The notes: generated by a model from the sequence alone, not told the origin. A stretch of 64,000 nt of DNA from Macrostomum lignano (GCA_002269645.1 NIVC01002767.1:1-64000); one strand, 5' to 3'; positions 47,989 to 63,845 are shown, numbered from the stretch's first letter. Program-made: numbers and translations.

Positions 47989-48650
47989 ACACTGAAAGAA
48001 GTCCGGAGGACGTCGCTCCCACTTCGGGTACCACCGCTCGGCCTGGCGGGGCTCCGGCGCGACCTCGTGGGCCACCGGGCGGCTGTCGGAGCTGCTCGGT
48101 GTCGGGCTGAGCTGCTAACCGCCTGTGCAGCCGGTTCACATGCACCCATGCAGCGGACCGGCCGGCTGCCGAAGGCGCGGCGAATGCACACCGAGTGGCC
48201 GCGCTGCTCAAGCACCGTCCAGCCCGGCTCCTATGCAGTAGGCGCCAGCTTCGAGCGCCGCAGCTCGATGCTGAGCAGCACCTCGGCGCTTTGCGGGAAC
48301 TGCGGCAGGTCCGCCGCCTTCTTGTCGTGAGCCGCCTTTTGCTGCTGCTGCCCGGCGGCTACCAGGTTCCTCTTTGACGAACTCGCGAATAATGGGCCAA
48401 CCGCCGCTCCAGCAGTGCTGAGTACATGTGCATGTATGCTGATGCCGAACTGCCGCTCGCTGCTCTGGAACTGCGGCGGGAGCTGCGGGTCGCGGCCGGT
48501 CATCATCGTCAGCGGCGCCACCTTGGTTGAGCTGGGTGGACCCCTGGAGCTGTAGGATAGGACCACCAGCGGCAGCTGCTCCTCTCAGCTGGACTCTGTA
48601 TCGGCGAAAAGCCCCCAGCAGCGACGAAGCGCCAATACGCACTCGTCGTT
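47989..48650 (-). pseudogene. Gypsy integrase C-terminal remnant (host of the CsRn1-type insertion)
   Basis: S*EEQLPLVVLSY..STKVAPLTMMTGRDPQLP, SKLAP..PGWTV, WVHVNRL, ending RPPDFFQC; the frame continues EH-stop beyond the TSD at about 37500. Confidence 0.65.
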
Positions 48651-49322
48651 GCGACGGTTAATGTAAGGATGATAAGCGTTTCATCCGATGTATTTTAAAT
48701 GTGATGTGATGTGAAGCCAAAAAAAGCATGCATTTAGTGCAGCCGAGCTGCTCGATTTGGCTTTCTAAGCCGTTTTTTCTGTGCATTTCTTGGCTATCTA
48801 AGCCATAAAGAAATGCGACATGGGTGTCGGGAGATCTATCCCCCATCCCCCCTCCCTACACCCCTGCCTTGCTGGATCTGCAAGAGTGCTCACGCGATTG
48901 ACGTGAGGCCTCAAGGACCAATAGACCAGAGAGGAATCAATAATCAAGATACATGTACATCAATCAATGACTGCTGTAGAGCGTCTCGCATCGCAGGCGG
49001 CCAATACAAACACTAAGACGATGAGAGTGTTGTAAGACAGGACTAAATTCAGAAATTGTCCTGAGGGTCTCAGGGTCAGCCAAGCAGTTTGAATCTTCAT
49101 TGCTAGGGGAGAATTTCTTTGGATTTCTTTGGAGAACAAGCCAAGTATTTTTCTACTATACTACACATACATTTATGTACTTTGCTGTAATTCTGGGACT
49201 GCCATGTTAACTTTTACCTTCGATCACAGCATCCGAGTTCGATGCTGTTGTCGGGACGTCCACCTGTACTGCTAGCTCCACGTACTGTCCTGGTGAGCGC
49301 TCGAGGTGAAATCGAATGCGCA

Positions 49323-50355
49323 ATGAAATGCGCTCTGGCCATCGGCTGGCTGTCGTTCAGCTTCATCAACGGAGTCTGCGTTCTGTCCAGCAAAGCCGAT
49401 TGTGCCGGATCCGGAGGTGTGGTTTTATATACCGGAAGCGAGAGGTTGTTTGTAAGTTTCCGCTCATGTTCATTTATTTCATTAGTACTACAATTAACAT
49501 TATATTAATATTAAACCAGTTGGTGATCTTCCAGCTAGCTATAGTAACATGTCCATTGATTACCTTTTCAATTATCTTCATGCATTTAAGCGTAAAACCA
49601 AATACCATTAAACAGCACGCATGCCCTCCATTATGCCGTGCGTCTTACCAACTCCAGTCTTTCCGGTCAAAAGTCCCGGATACCAGCAGCAGATTGATAG
49701 CCGGACATTCTGGGTGTTCCAGCAGCGACAGTCTGGAGAAGTTACCTTCAATAGGACCTGGGGTGACTTTGCCAGCGGGTTTGGAACTGCCACCGAGTTT
49801 TGGATTGGTGAGTTCAAATTGGACTCGAGAGAGTTCAAGCCCTGATGAAACACACGAGCATTTGTAATGTTTTTGCTTTTTGTATATCTTGTATTACTGC
49901 TGGCAAGAAAGCGGCTCAAGTCAATCGTTGTTCCTTCATTTCAGGCCTCGAAAGCATCCACAATATGACCATGACCAGCCCCAGAAACCTGCGAATCGAG
50001 ATCCTGACTTTCGACGGAGAGTTTTACACGTTCGAGTGGCTCGGCTTCACCGTTGGGAATTCCAGTACGAACTACAGGATGAACTACGGCAGCTTTCTCA
50101 GCGCCAACTCCACCATCAACTGCGACTTTTTGTCTCACCATCGAGGCAGTCAGTTCTCCACCTTCGACAGGGACAACGACGCTTATTCTTACAGCTGCAG
50201 CACCAAATATGGGTGCGGCGGCTTCTGGTGGAGCAGCTGCTTGAGGATCAACCCGAACGGTGTGTACTCAACCCGGTTCCTCCTACATGGCCTCGTATTG
50301 CATTGGAAGCTACAAGGCCTTCCGTGCGATGCGGATGATGCTGCAGGTGGTCTAA
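49323..50355 (+). CDS. Secreted fibrinogen-related domain (FReD) protein; one frameshift near the 3' end
   Basis: Signal-like MKCALAIGWLSF; WVFQQR, FNRTWGDFASGFG, EFWIG|LESIH (intron 49808-49944), FSTFDRDND, GGFWWSSC; KAFRAMRMML in another frame. Exon 1 junction uncertain. Confidence 0.75.
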
Positions 50356-51647
50356 AAAAAACGTCATCTTTAAGGTTAAAGTGGAATAGAAAGAATATTT
50401 ATTTACTGTCAGTTCTACACGAAGGACGAACTTTGAACTTTGAAACTTTTTGAACTCAAGCTTGCTTTACTAGAAATTAGTGCATGCAAGTACTCGTAAT
50501 CTAAAACTTTCTAAGTGCGCTGAATTGCTGGTCTATTAATGAATCAGCTAATTTATGCACACAATTCAAGGTACCAATCGTTCATAAGTATATACTCCGT
50601 TGTCAAAAACAACGAACAGATTAAGCTATTAAACTAATTACGATCTAAACCAATTAATTTTCCTCCAGGTGCAATTTTTTCTTGCTAATTGTTTCTTTAT
50701 TTTCTTAGAGGATGTAAGGGGGTAGTACTCTTGAAAGACACATGTACAGTGAGCAATCTAACTCGTATAAAATAGGTGTTACATGCAGGTGTCGAGTGAC
50801 GCGTGGTGAAGGAGCGCGCAGGTCTTTATGTACATGTAGATCGAAGTCATCTATCAGAATTGGTGTAATAATTACATGTACTATATTACATATATGTGGT
50901 CAATAACATGGTCAATTATTGGTCAATAGACCAATATCCAATCCAATTTTGCTGGACACTTTTGCTCGTGTGGAGGCATACGAGCGTACATTTACATGTA
51001 AGTCTTTGCATTTCATTTCAGACTTTACATTTCATGCGAACCAGAACTTGGGCTGCGCTGCATATCTCACACGCATACGTACTTTATCGCTGTTTTGTGT
51101 ACATTAAGGATATTCAAAACATTTTGAACTCTCAGTTCTGCACATAGCTTCGTTTGGATCAGTATACGTGTGTGAGTTTAGCGGCAGAATTTAAATGCAC
51201 CTGCATACTCCAAGAGGCTATAATTCAATAATGGATGGTTTCGATATTCGAGCAATGTTAAGTGTGTTGTAATAATACTATACAGGTGTAAGAACAAGCG
51301 AAAACGAGAAATTGGCTTAAGGCGTAGACCGACTCTTGGCTGCCCAGGGCGCCAAGGCATTCACTTATATATTATCATTGTACAGCGAGCAAATGTACAT
51401 AAGAGCTAGTGAACGTGCGCACACGCAATCAACTAAGCAAACCATCTTACAATGCTCTCCTTCTTTCAAAAAGTGTTCCACTCACTTTCTGCATTTTTCG
51501 TTGTGTTAAAAAAAGTTACGAGTATGAGTTCGACGAATTCTGATCGAATATTTGAACGAATAAATATTTGAGGGAAATAAAAGTGGAAATTAAAATGAAC
51601 TTAAGCAATGCCAATGTTTAAAAAAAACTATCTAAGAAAATCTGCAT

Positions 51648-54600
51648 TCAATGAGTATACACTTCACCAAAAAATTCTGGCGGGGCACGGGCCCTCTCAC
51701 TTCGGCGCAATACAGGCTGTTCTGGATGCTCTGGAACATCAGCAGGGGCGCCGACCGGGGCGCCGATTGGGGTGCCGGCTGGGGCGCCGACCGGGGCGCC
51801 GACTGGGGCGCCGGCTGGGTCGCCGGCTGGGGCGCCGGCTGGGTCGCCGGCTTGGGCGCCGGCTGGGGCGCCGGCTGGGACGCCGTCAAATCTCAGGTCG
51901 TCCTCGTCAGGATTGTGCAGTTGCGCCGCTGGTTGCAATTGAGGTGCTGCAGCTGGACTGGCCGTGTTGCATGGCTTCAGGCGATTGAAATGCACCACCC
52001 TTCGCCGTCGTGCATTGGCCTCGTGCTGAATGCGGTAGGTGACGTCTGAGATCTGCTTTTTGACGCGCCATGGCCCAGTCCACCATCGATGAAATTTTCG
52101 GCTCTCGCCTCGCTTCAGCGCCGGATTGTGCAGCCAGACCAGATCGTTCTCGCTGAATGCCTCGCCGTGGCACCTCCTGTCGTACGCTGCCTTCTGGTGC
52201 AGTTGCGCTGCCTCCAAGTTTTGTCGCGCCCTCTCGTGCGATGTCTGCAGCCGGCTCCGCAGCTCGGCCACCCATTCACAAGGACGTTGCCTATCCGGCG
52301 CCAGACCTCCGTATGCCAAGTCCAGTGGTAGTCGCAGTTCCCGGCCGAAATGCATCGCCGAAGGTGTCTGACCAGTCGACTTGTGGACTGAAGTGCGGTA
52401 GCCCATCAGTGCAATCTGCAGATGAAGATCCCAGTCTCGCTGATTCTCGTTCACCCATGCTCGCAGCAGCTGCACCAGTGTCCGGTTCATCCGTTCGCAA
52501 CCGCCGTCTCCTTCAGGGTGGTAGCCTGTCGTCCGAGTCTTGTCGATTTTCAGCAGCCGCATCGTCTCTTGAAACAGCTGTGACTCCCAGTTCCGACCCT
52601 GGTCGGTGTGCACCGACTGCGGGACTCCAAAGCGAGCCACCCACTCGTTGACAAACGTCCGGGCTGTGGTCTCAGCGTCTTGAGACGGCAGTGGAAAGGC
52701 CTCAGTCCACTTGCTGAAGGTGTCGATGACTACCAGGATGACTGAATTTCCACGATCGGTCCTCGGCAGGCCCACCATGAAGTCCATTTCCAGTCGCTGG
52801 CCAACGCTGCCGACCGCCATGCTCTGTAGAGGTGCCCGCCTGTGCTGGCCAGAATCTTTCAGTGTCGCGCATTCGAGGCACGCAGCACACCAGTCAGTCA
52901 CATCTGCTGTCATTCCAGGCCAGTAGAGTCGCGCCCTGATCTTTTCTATGGTCTTCTGCGGTCCGCAGTGGCTGCCGCTCGTTCCAGCATGAGCTTCGAC
53001 AAAAACATCGCGCTGTAGACTCTCTGGCACCAGCAGCTGCTGACAAAAGGAGCTGCCATCTTCGGATTCCCATCGGCGGCACAGCAGTCCGTTCACCAGT
53101 GTCAGCCGCTTAAACTCGGACAGCAGTTGCCGCTGCCGATTGCTCCAGCCGTCCGTCTCTGCCTTATCCGGTGGTTGGCCATCTCGCAAGCAGTTCGCCA
53201 GCTTCTGCATGCACCGATCCTCTGCCTGTGCTCGTCGAATCGCGCTGTCGTCATTGAACTCGACAGCGAGCGCAGAGCCACTGCACAGGCAAGGTCCTTT
53301 TCGACACGGTCGCCGACTAAGTGCGTCTGCATTTCCATGTTTCTCGCCCTTGCGATACTCCGTCTGGTAGTCGAATTCGCTTAGCTTATCCAGCCACCGT
53401 GCCAGCTGACCATCGGGATCTCGAAAGCGCAGAAGATGGATCAGCGAGGCGTGATCAGTACGTAGTGTGAATCTTTTTCCTAACAAGTAGCTGCGATAGT
53501 GACCGACGAAGTGCACAATTGCCAGCAGCTCACGCCTCGTTGTGCAGTAATTTCTCTCTGCTTTGGACAGAATGCGACTGCCGTACGCCACCACCTGCGT
53601 CCTGCCACCACGGCGCTCTTGAAGAACTCCGGAGATGGCCACGCCAGAGGCATCGGTATCCAGCACGAACTCAGCGTCTTCTGCGAATGTCGGCATGATG
53701 AGGACTGGGCTGGAAGTAAGGCACTGCTTTAGGCGATTAAATGCTGCTGAGCATTCGAGAGTCCAGCTGAAGGTCACGTCCTTTTGCGTTAGCTTGTACA
53801 GCGGTTCAGCAATCTCACTGTAGTTTTTAACGAAATGACGATAGTAGCCACACAACCCCAGGAATTGTCGCACTTCTGAACGATCTTCGGGCGTTGGCCA
53901 CTCCTGCACTGCTTTCACCTTGTCCGGGTCAGTGGTCACGCCATCTTTTGAGATTCGAAAGCCAAGAAATGAGATCTCCTGATAGCACAAGTGGCACTTG
54001 GTCGGCTTCAACTTCAGGTTAGCGGTTCTGAATTTCTGCAACACAAGCTCAAGACGCCGCAGATGCTCCTCGAATCCTTTCGAAAAGATGACAACGTCGT
54101 CAAGAAATGACAGGCACACTTCCCATCGGAGGCCCTTCAGAACGAGTTCCATCAGCCTTGAAAACGTGGCAGGACCATTGCACACACCTTGCGGTAGTCT
54201 CTTGTACTGGAATAATCCTTGTGGCGCAGGAAATGCTGTTTTTGCGCGACTCTCTGAGTCCAGCATCACCTGGGTGTACCCGCTAGTGAAGTCGAGCGTT
54301 GAGAACATTGTGGATCCTGCGAGAGCATCGATCAGATCGCTGGTGTGAGGCAGTGGATGACTGTCTTTGACGGTCACGGAGTTGAGCAGTCTGAAGTCGT
54401 TCACGAAGCGCAAACTGCCGTCCTTCTTCTTCACCAGAATGACCGGGCTCGACCACGGAGAATTCGAAGGCTCTACGATGTCGTCTCTCACCATCTGCTC
54501 GACCATCTCTGACACAGCTCGCTGGTTCGGCGGCGACAATCTACGAGGAGGCACTCTGATAGGTTTCGCCGACCCGGTGTCAATTTTGTGGTCAAGGAGT

Positions 54601-55538
54601 GAAGTGCAGCCCAGGTCGTTTGGACTTTTCGAGAACACATCCTGGTACTGATGCAGAAGATCTTTGACACACTGAACTTGATTGGCTGTAAGATTTTTCT
54701 CATCAATGTGCACATTTGGTACATACTCGGCGATTTGACCTTTCACTGTCTCAACTTGCATTGACAACTCTGCATCGGCACCATCTGACATCGGCTCAAA
54801 AGTCCCCAGTCTTGTTCCGGGGTAAAATGTATGCGGCTTGGTGTCCGTATTGACATAGTGAACAGCGATGAGTCCTCCTCGCAACACCGAGAGGCTGCGC
54901 GCTCCACACATGACCGTGGAGATGTCCTTCGAATTGTCAGGCTCAAAAATGCCGCACTCACCATCAACAGCTGCATCTGACTCACTTGCCAATCTCGCTG
55001 GGAAGACGATTTCGTGACCAGCGGGCACGGTTGTCCTGTCTGCTACCTCAACGGCGAATACACAGCTACTTGCTGCCGATGACTCCATTTTTACTTGCTG
55101 ACCGCACACAGTGAGCGTTTGGCGATTGCAGTCGATGACGCAGCCACAGTTTGCCAGGAAATCTGCACCCAGCAAAAAATCCTTGGCCAGATTGTCGACA
55201 ACTAAAACTCTTTGTCGAACCGTTGCCACACCGAAACTTAGCTGCACTTCCTGCCAACCACAGGCAGCCAAATAGTTACCGTCTGCCAGCTTCAACTGCA
55301 CCGGAGTCGTCAAAGGCAGGAGCCTCTCATTCAGCTTGCGAAACAGGGAACTTGACATCAAAGACTGGGAACACCCAGTGTCAACTAGACAGCTGGCAGG
55401 GACACACATTGGCAGGATGCGACAGTTTACCAGCATGTTGGCACCAGTGGCTGAGCAGGACACCTCTACGACTGGTTGCGCCGGGATTCTCACTTGCGGA
55501 ACGGCACCCCGGCGGTCGCCGCTCCATCGAAGTTTCCC
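51648..55538 (-). CDS. pol: Pol PR-RT-RH-IN, expressed by -1 frameshift
   Basis: LVDTGCS, FLDD, LDTDASG, TDHASL, HHCC zinc finger, MDFM..ESQLF..CERMN, WTGPW; C-terminal GAPAG repeats; uninterrupted frame. Confidence 0.95.
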   Translation of the reverse strand, partial: GKLRWSGDRRGAVPQVRIPAQPVVEVSCSATGANMLVNCRILPMCVPASCLVDTGCSQSLMSSSLFRKLNERLLPLTTPVQLKLADGNYLAACGWQEVQLSFGVATVRQRVLVVDNLAKDFLLGADFLANCGCVIDCNRQTLTVCGQQVKMESSAASSCVFAVEVADRTTVPAGHEIVFPARLASESDAAVDGECGIFEPDNSKDISTVMCGARSLSVLRGGLIAVHYVNTDTKPHTFYPGTRLGTFEPMSDGADAELSMQVETVKGQIAEYVPNVHIDEKNLTANQVQCVKDLLHQYQDVFSKSPNDLGCTSLLDHKIDTGSAKPIRVPPRRLSPPNQRAVSEMVEQMVRDDIVEPSNSPWSSPVILVKKKDGSLRFVNDFRLLNSVTVKDSHPLPHTSDLIDALAGSTMFSTLDFTSGYTQVMLDSESRAKTAFPAPQGLFQYKRLPQGVCNGPATFSRLMELVLKGLRWEVCLSFLDDVVIFSKGFEEHLRRLELVLQKFRTANLKLKPTKCHLCYQEISFLGFRISKDGVTTDPDKVKAVQEWPTPEDRSEVRQFLGLCGYYRHFVKNYSEIAEPLYKLTQKDVTFSWTLECSAAFNRLKQCLTSSPVLIMPTFAEDAEFVLDTDASGVAISGVLQERRGGRTQVVAYGSRILSKAERNYCTTRRELLAIVHFVGHYRSYLLGKRFTLRTDHASLIHLLRFRDPDGQLARWLDKLSEFDYQTEYRKGEKHGNADALSRRPCRKGPCLCSGSALAVEFNDDSAIRRAQAEDRCMQKLANCLRDGQPPDKAETDGWSNRQRQLLSEFKRLTLVNGLLCRRWESEDGSSFCQQLLVPESLQRDVFVEAHAGTSGSHCGPQKTIEKIRARLYWPGMTADVTDWCAACLECATLKDSGQHRRAPLQSMAVGSVGQRLEMDFMVGLPRTDRGNSVILVVIDTFSKWTEAFPLPSQDAETTARTFVNEWVARFGVPQSVHTDQGRNWESQLFQETMRLLKIDKTRTTGYHPEGDGGCERMNRTLVQLLRAWVNENQRDWDLHLQIALMGYRTSVHKSTGQTPSAMHFGRELRLPLDLAYGGLAPDRQRPCEWVAELRSRLQTSHERARQNLEAAQLHQKAAYDRRCHGEAFSENDLVWLHNPALKRGESRKFHRWWTGPWRVKKQISDVTYRIQHEANARRRRVVHFNRLKPCNTASPAAAPQLQPAAQLHNPDEDDLRFDGVPAGAPAGAQAGDPAGAPAGDPAGAPVGAPVGAPAGTPIGAPVGAPADVPEHPEQPVLRRSERARAPPEFFGEVYTH

Positions 55539-56332
55539 GACTTCTGAGTGCAAAATCTTTGAACATGGCCCGGCTTACCGCACTTCCAGCATGTCACAAC
55601 TCTGCGTCTGTCGCCGCTCTGACGATGATCCTGGTCCTTTGACTCCCAGCGGCTGAGCTTGTTGGACAGCTCCTTCAGGGACCGTTGAATTCCGACTGCA
55701 AAGGCTTCGGGAACCTCAGCAGCTAGAGCCGTAGCAGTGCCTCCTTGCGACTGTATCGATTCCACGAATCGCGCTGTTTCAACTGTATCAGCGAATGTCG
55801 CCTTTGCCTGCATCTGCGTCTGCATTCGCACAGCTGGGTCCCTCAATCCGGATAGAAACCGACCTTTGAGAAGCTCGTCCTTCGCTGTCACCGACGTCTC
55901 CTGCTCGGCACCTGCTTTCGTCTCCATCAGACTCGGGAACGCACACTTTGCCGCAACGATCAGGGCATCGGAATAGTCTGCAACCGACTGACCGTCCTTT
56001 TGAGTCAGATTGAAGAACTGCGCCTGCAGCTCAGCAGAGGATGTTGATGGCCGAAATCGATTTTTCAGAGCCTTCTCAAAGTCGTCGTAGGACAGGGAAG
56101 CATCCAAATTGTTGGCCGCTTGATATGATTTGTCGTCGAGGAATGACAGCAGAGCATTCTTGCGCTGATCGACAGGAAGAGATGATGCGAAATTGTTGAA
56201 TCGTGCCAGCCAAAGTTCAAAGTCTTGTCCATGCTGGTATTGAGGCGGCCGCAAAAACATGTTGACAAAACTAGCTTGGGGCTGAGTCACCGCCACTGTA
56301 GGGCTCTCTGCACTGCCTTCATTTTCAGTCAT
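55490..56332 (-). CDS. gag: Gag with one CCHC knuckle
   Basis: MTENEGS.., FELWLARF, QKDGQSVADY, CWKCGKPGHVQRFC. Confidence 0.9.
   Translation of the reverse strand: MTENEGSAESPTVAVTQPQASFVNMFLRPPQYQHGQDFELWLARFNNFASSLPVDQRKNALLSFLDDKSYQAANNLDASLSYDDFEKALKNRFRPSTSSAELQAQFFNLTQKDGQSVADYSDALIVAAKCAFPSLMETKAGAEQETSVTAKDELLKGRFLSGLRDPAVRMQTQMQAKATFADTVETARFVESIQSQGGTATALAAEVPEAFAVGIQRSLKELSNKLSRWESKDQDHRQSGDRRRVVTCWKCGKPGHVQRFCTQKSGNFDGAATAGVPFRK
55498..55538 (-). promoter_or_regulatory. -1 ribosomal frameshift signal
   Basis: G GGA AAC at 55532-55538 in gag phase, 6-nt spacer, stem GGAGCGGC/GCCGTTCC. Confidence 0.8.
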
Positions 56333-56862
56333 AGCCGCCGCTGCCACCAATGTAAGAACAAGCGAAAACGAGAAATTGGCTTAAGGCGTAGACCGACTCT
56401 TGGCTGCCCAGGGCGCCAAGGCATTCACTTATATATTATCATTGTACAGCGAGCAAATGTACATAAGAGCTAGTGAACGTGCGCACACGCAATCAACTAA
56501 GCAAACCATCTTACACAGGTACATGTATACACATAACAAATAGCTAGCTGCCGTTACATAAAGGTTATGTATATGTACGTACAGTAGTATATGTACGTAA
56601 GTTAAATTATAGTTGAATTTACCTGGCTATCCATGGGGAGGGGAGCTGGGCGAACTTACATGTACAATCTTTCTTACATGTACATATGTAATTCTTCGTT
56701 TGCTGCATTGATCCACTTGTTGGCCTCTATTGTAGCTCGTAGTACATGTATACGTGTACAGTACTTGCTTTCGTCTATTGTCTTAACTGTCTCAGCCTTC
56801 TGTGTGCCTAACTGCTAGTTTGGCTCTGCCTCGCCCAAGCTCTCAATGAGTGCGCCTCGTGG

Positions 56863-57028
56863 CAGTGGCGTACTCAAAGAGAGCTTCGAGTACGTGCCGC
56901 AGGCACTCATTTTGGCGCCGCAGGCACTCCCAATTGCCTCATGGTTTTGGGTACCCGCCGCGCCCAACCCCACCCCCCAGGCGATTGGGAGGGCCGCGGC
57001 CCCCCCCCCCCCCCTGGCTACGCCACTG
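56863..57028. mobile_element. hAT MITE, 166 bp
   Basis: TIR CAGTGGCGTA/TACGCCACTG with 8-bp TSD CCTCGTGG. Confidence 0.9.
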
Positions 57029-57612
57029 CCTCGTGGATAACCTATCTAGCTATTACTGGCAAATTTCCGAGCCTAGATTCTTTGAGTGCCTGAAAATTTA
57101 AATATTAAGTAACGTTTACAAAATTTATTAAATAACATTTCATTTACATGTGCACGTTTACGTACATGTATGTTAATATTATAGAGAGAATAGGAAGACT
57201 GTCAGATTGATGAACTTCACGATTACAGGGCATGACGGCGCCGTGTAAAGTAAAGGGTTTGTCAGTGTTTGGATGCATTAAAACAATATTTAATAGCCAA
57301 ACACTATCATTAACAAAATATTAAAATGTATGTACCATTGGTTTTATTTCGATGTAGTTTTTTTTACAAGCTAGTAAGCTGAAAGCTAAAATAAATCATT
57401 TATGTTTAGTTTGGTTCTTTATATTTGACTTGTATTTTAACGGCCCTTTTTAATGTTTTATAATTATAAACATCGAATTATCTAATCTAGCATTTTTAAC
57501 TTGACGCAGCAGATTCGCAGTGAAACTGTTGAACAATGATGCAGTAATAAAAGACAATAGATTTTTCTTTAAAATTTAAAGTAGCGTCTGATCTAGACTC
57601 GACCCTTTCAGA

Positions 57613-61092
<3,480 letters not shown>

Positions 61093-61284
61093 AGCCCTGG
61101 AGAAGCTGCAATCGTAGGAATCAGTTTTTTTGCTACTTCATTTTTATATTCACCGTGCATAAAAACTTGTTGAATTTATTTTGCTGTTGTGCCTTCTGTT
61201 CTGGGCAATATTGTGCATATTTCATTCTCTGCAAATGCATTGCAAACTGCTTATTAATGCAACTACTGATTTATCAGATACGGA

Positions 61285-62060
61285 ACAGGGAATCAACAGG
61301 GAGTCAACAGGGAGTCAACAGGGAATGAGCAGGGACTGAACAGGGAGTCAACAGGAAATCAACAGGGAATCAACAGGAATCAACAGGGAGTTACCAGGGA
61401 GTCAACAGGGAGTTAACAGGGAATCAACAGTCAACAAAGAATCAACAGGAAATCAACAGGGAATCAACAGGGAATCAACAGGGAATCAACAGGGAATCAA
61501 CAGGGAATCAACAGGAAATCAACAGAAAATTAGTAGCCTACAACATGGAATCAAGAGGGAGTTAACAGGGAGTCAACAGGGAATCAACATGGAATCAAGA
61601 GGGAGTCAACAGGGAGTCAACAGGGAATCAACATGGAATCAAGAGGGAGTCAACAGGGAGTCAACAGGGAATCAACATGGAATCAAGAGGGAGTCAACAG
61701 GGAGTCAACAGGGAATCAACATGGAATCAAGAGGGAGTTAACAGGGAGTCAACAGGGAATCAACATGGAATCAAGAGGGAGTCAACAGGGAGTCAACAGG
61801 GAATCAACATGGAATCAAGAGGGAGTCAACAGGGAGTCAACAGGGAATCAACATGGAATCAAGAGGGAGTCAACAGGGAGTCAACAGGGAATCAACATGG
61901 AATCAAGAGGGAGTCAACAGGGAGTCAACAGGGAATCAACAGGGAGTCAACAGGGAATCAACAGGAAATCAGCAGGGAATCAAGAGGGAGTCAACAGGGA
62001 GTCAACAGGGAGTCAACAGGGAGTCAACAGGGAGTTAACAGGGAGTCAACAAGTATTGAA
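61285..62060. repeat. acaggga(a/g)tca-based minisatellite with higher-order units
   Basis: Direct reading. Confidence 0.92.
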
Positions 62061-62774
62061 CAAGGGTTGAACAGAAAATACGGTTTTAGAACTATAATCT
62101 AAAGTTCACATTGGCGTCTCGATTTTGACATTTCCGTTGTAAATTAGCGAATTTCTGTACAAAACCAATGTGACGGCTGTCTGTGCGGCGTTATTCCTTT
62201 TGTTAATATTAAACATTTAAATCTATTTTCTTAGATTTTCTAGAAAGGTTTTCTGCATCTTCTGTGTTCTTCTAACTACTATGCGGTTTTATCCTATAAT
62301 TTTATAACATGTATTTCGCACCTATGAGCTGCCTTCAGAGGAAATTGATAGCCTTATGTTTATAAAAAGTGCCACCGACACTTTTCAGCGATGTCTCTAG
62401 CGGATTTGGCCTTATTTTTCGATATAATTTCTGCTTTTTATGTCTTTTAGCGTTGTCAAATCTTTCATTCGCATTCCTTAGTAGCCTACTTATTCAGTAG
62501 GGTATTGAGAACATTGCAGGAGAAATTGTGCAAAATGCTATTTTTAGCAACAATTAGCCCTTTCGTTAGTAAATATTGTCATCCACAGTTTTGATGCAAA
62601 GCCCTCTCTGGCTGATTGACTCCTTAGCATTAGTCTGCTAAACTATTTTCCGCTAATGAAATGATTTATTGCTTCCAGTGTATTATTATTTCAGCTGGGT
62701 GGGTTTAGGGCTGTTTGTTCCTGACTACTTCACCTGTTTTTGAAACTAACACTAGTTTCTAGCACTATTTTTTG

Positions 62775-63845
62775 ACACTAAACAGCTCCTGACACCTCAA
62801 ACAGTTCCTGACACTTTAAACAGCTCCTGACACTTCAAACAGCTCCTGACACTTTAAACAGTTTCTGACACTTCAAACAGCTGACACTTCAAACAGCTCC
62901 TGACACTTCAAACAGCTCCTGACACTTTTAACAGCTTCTGACACTTCAAACAGCTCCTGACACTTCAAACAGCTCCTGGCACTTCAAACAGCTCCTGACA
63001 CTTTAAACAGCTCCTGACACTTTAAACAGCTCCTGACACTTTAAACAGCTCCTGACACTTCAAACAGCTCCTGACACTTTAAACAGCTCCTGACACTTCA
63101 AACAGCTCCTGGCACTTCAAACAGCTCCTGACACTTTAAACAGCTCCTGACACTTCAAACAGCTCTTGACACTTTAAACAGTTTCTGACACTTTAAACAG
63201 TTTCTGACACTTCAAACAGCTTCTGACACTTCAAACAGCTCCTGACACTTCAAACAGTTCCTGACACTTCAAACAGCTCCTGACACTTCAAACAGCTCCT
63301 GACACTTCAAACAGCTCCTGACACTTCAAACAGCTCCTGACACTTTAAACAGTTTCTGACACTTCAAACAGCTCCTGACACTTCAAACAGCTCCTGACAC
63401 TTCAAACAGCTCCTGACACTTCAAACAGCTCCTGACACTTCAAACAGCTCCTGACACTTCAAACAGCTCCTGACACTTCAAACAGCTCCTGACACTTCAA
63501 ACAGCTCCTGACACTTCAAACAGCTCCTGACACTTCAAACAGCTCCTGACACTTCAAACAGCTCCTGACACTTTAAACAGCTCCTGACACTTCAAACAGC
63601 TCCTGACACTTCAAACAGCTCCTGACACTTTAAACAGTTTCTGACACTTCAAACAGCTCCTGACACTTTAAACAGCTCCTGACACTTTAAACAGCTCCTG
63701 ACACTTTAAACAGCTCCTGACACTTCAAACAGCTCCTGACACTTCAAACAGCTCCTGACACTTCAAACAGCTCCTGACACTTCAAACAGCTCCTGACACT
63801 TCAAACAGCTCCTGACACTTTAAACAGTTTCTGAAACTTCAACAG
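62775..63845. repeat. 19-bp minisatellite cagctcctgacacttcaaa
   Basis: About 55 copies. Confidence 0.96.

Larger units (their letters stand above)
51287..56515 (-). mobile_element. Intact Ty3/Gypsy LTR retrotransposon (5229 bp)
   Basis: Identical 165-bp LTRs (51287-51451, 56351-56515), TSD CAGG, tRNA-Leu PBS TGGTGGCAGCGG (56338-56349), PPT GAAAGAAGGAGAG (51455-51467), open gag and pol. Confidence 0.97.

Noticed and set aside
61633-62102. MESRGSQQGVNR repeat ORFs
   Set aside because: Minisatellite translation downstream of Fox.
62080-62760. Possible decayed RT fragment (TFQRC-like)
   Set aside because: One short motif only, with no supporting flanking motifs.
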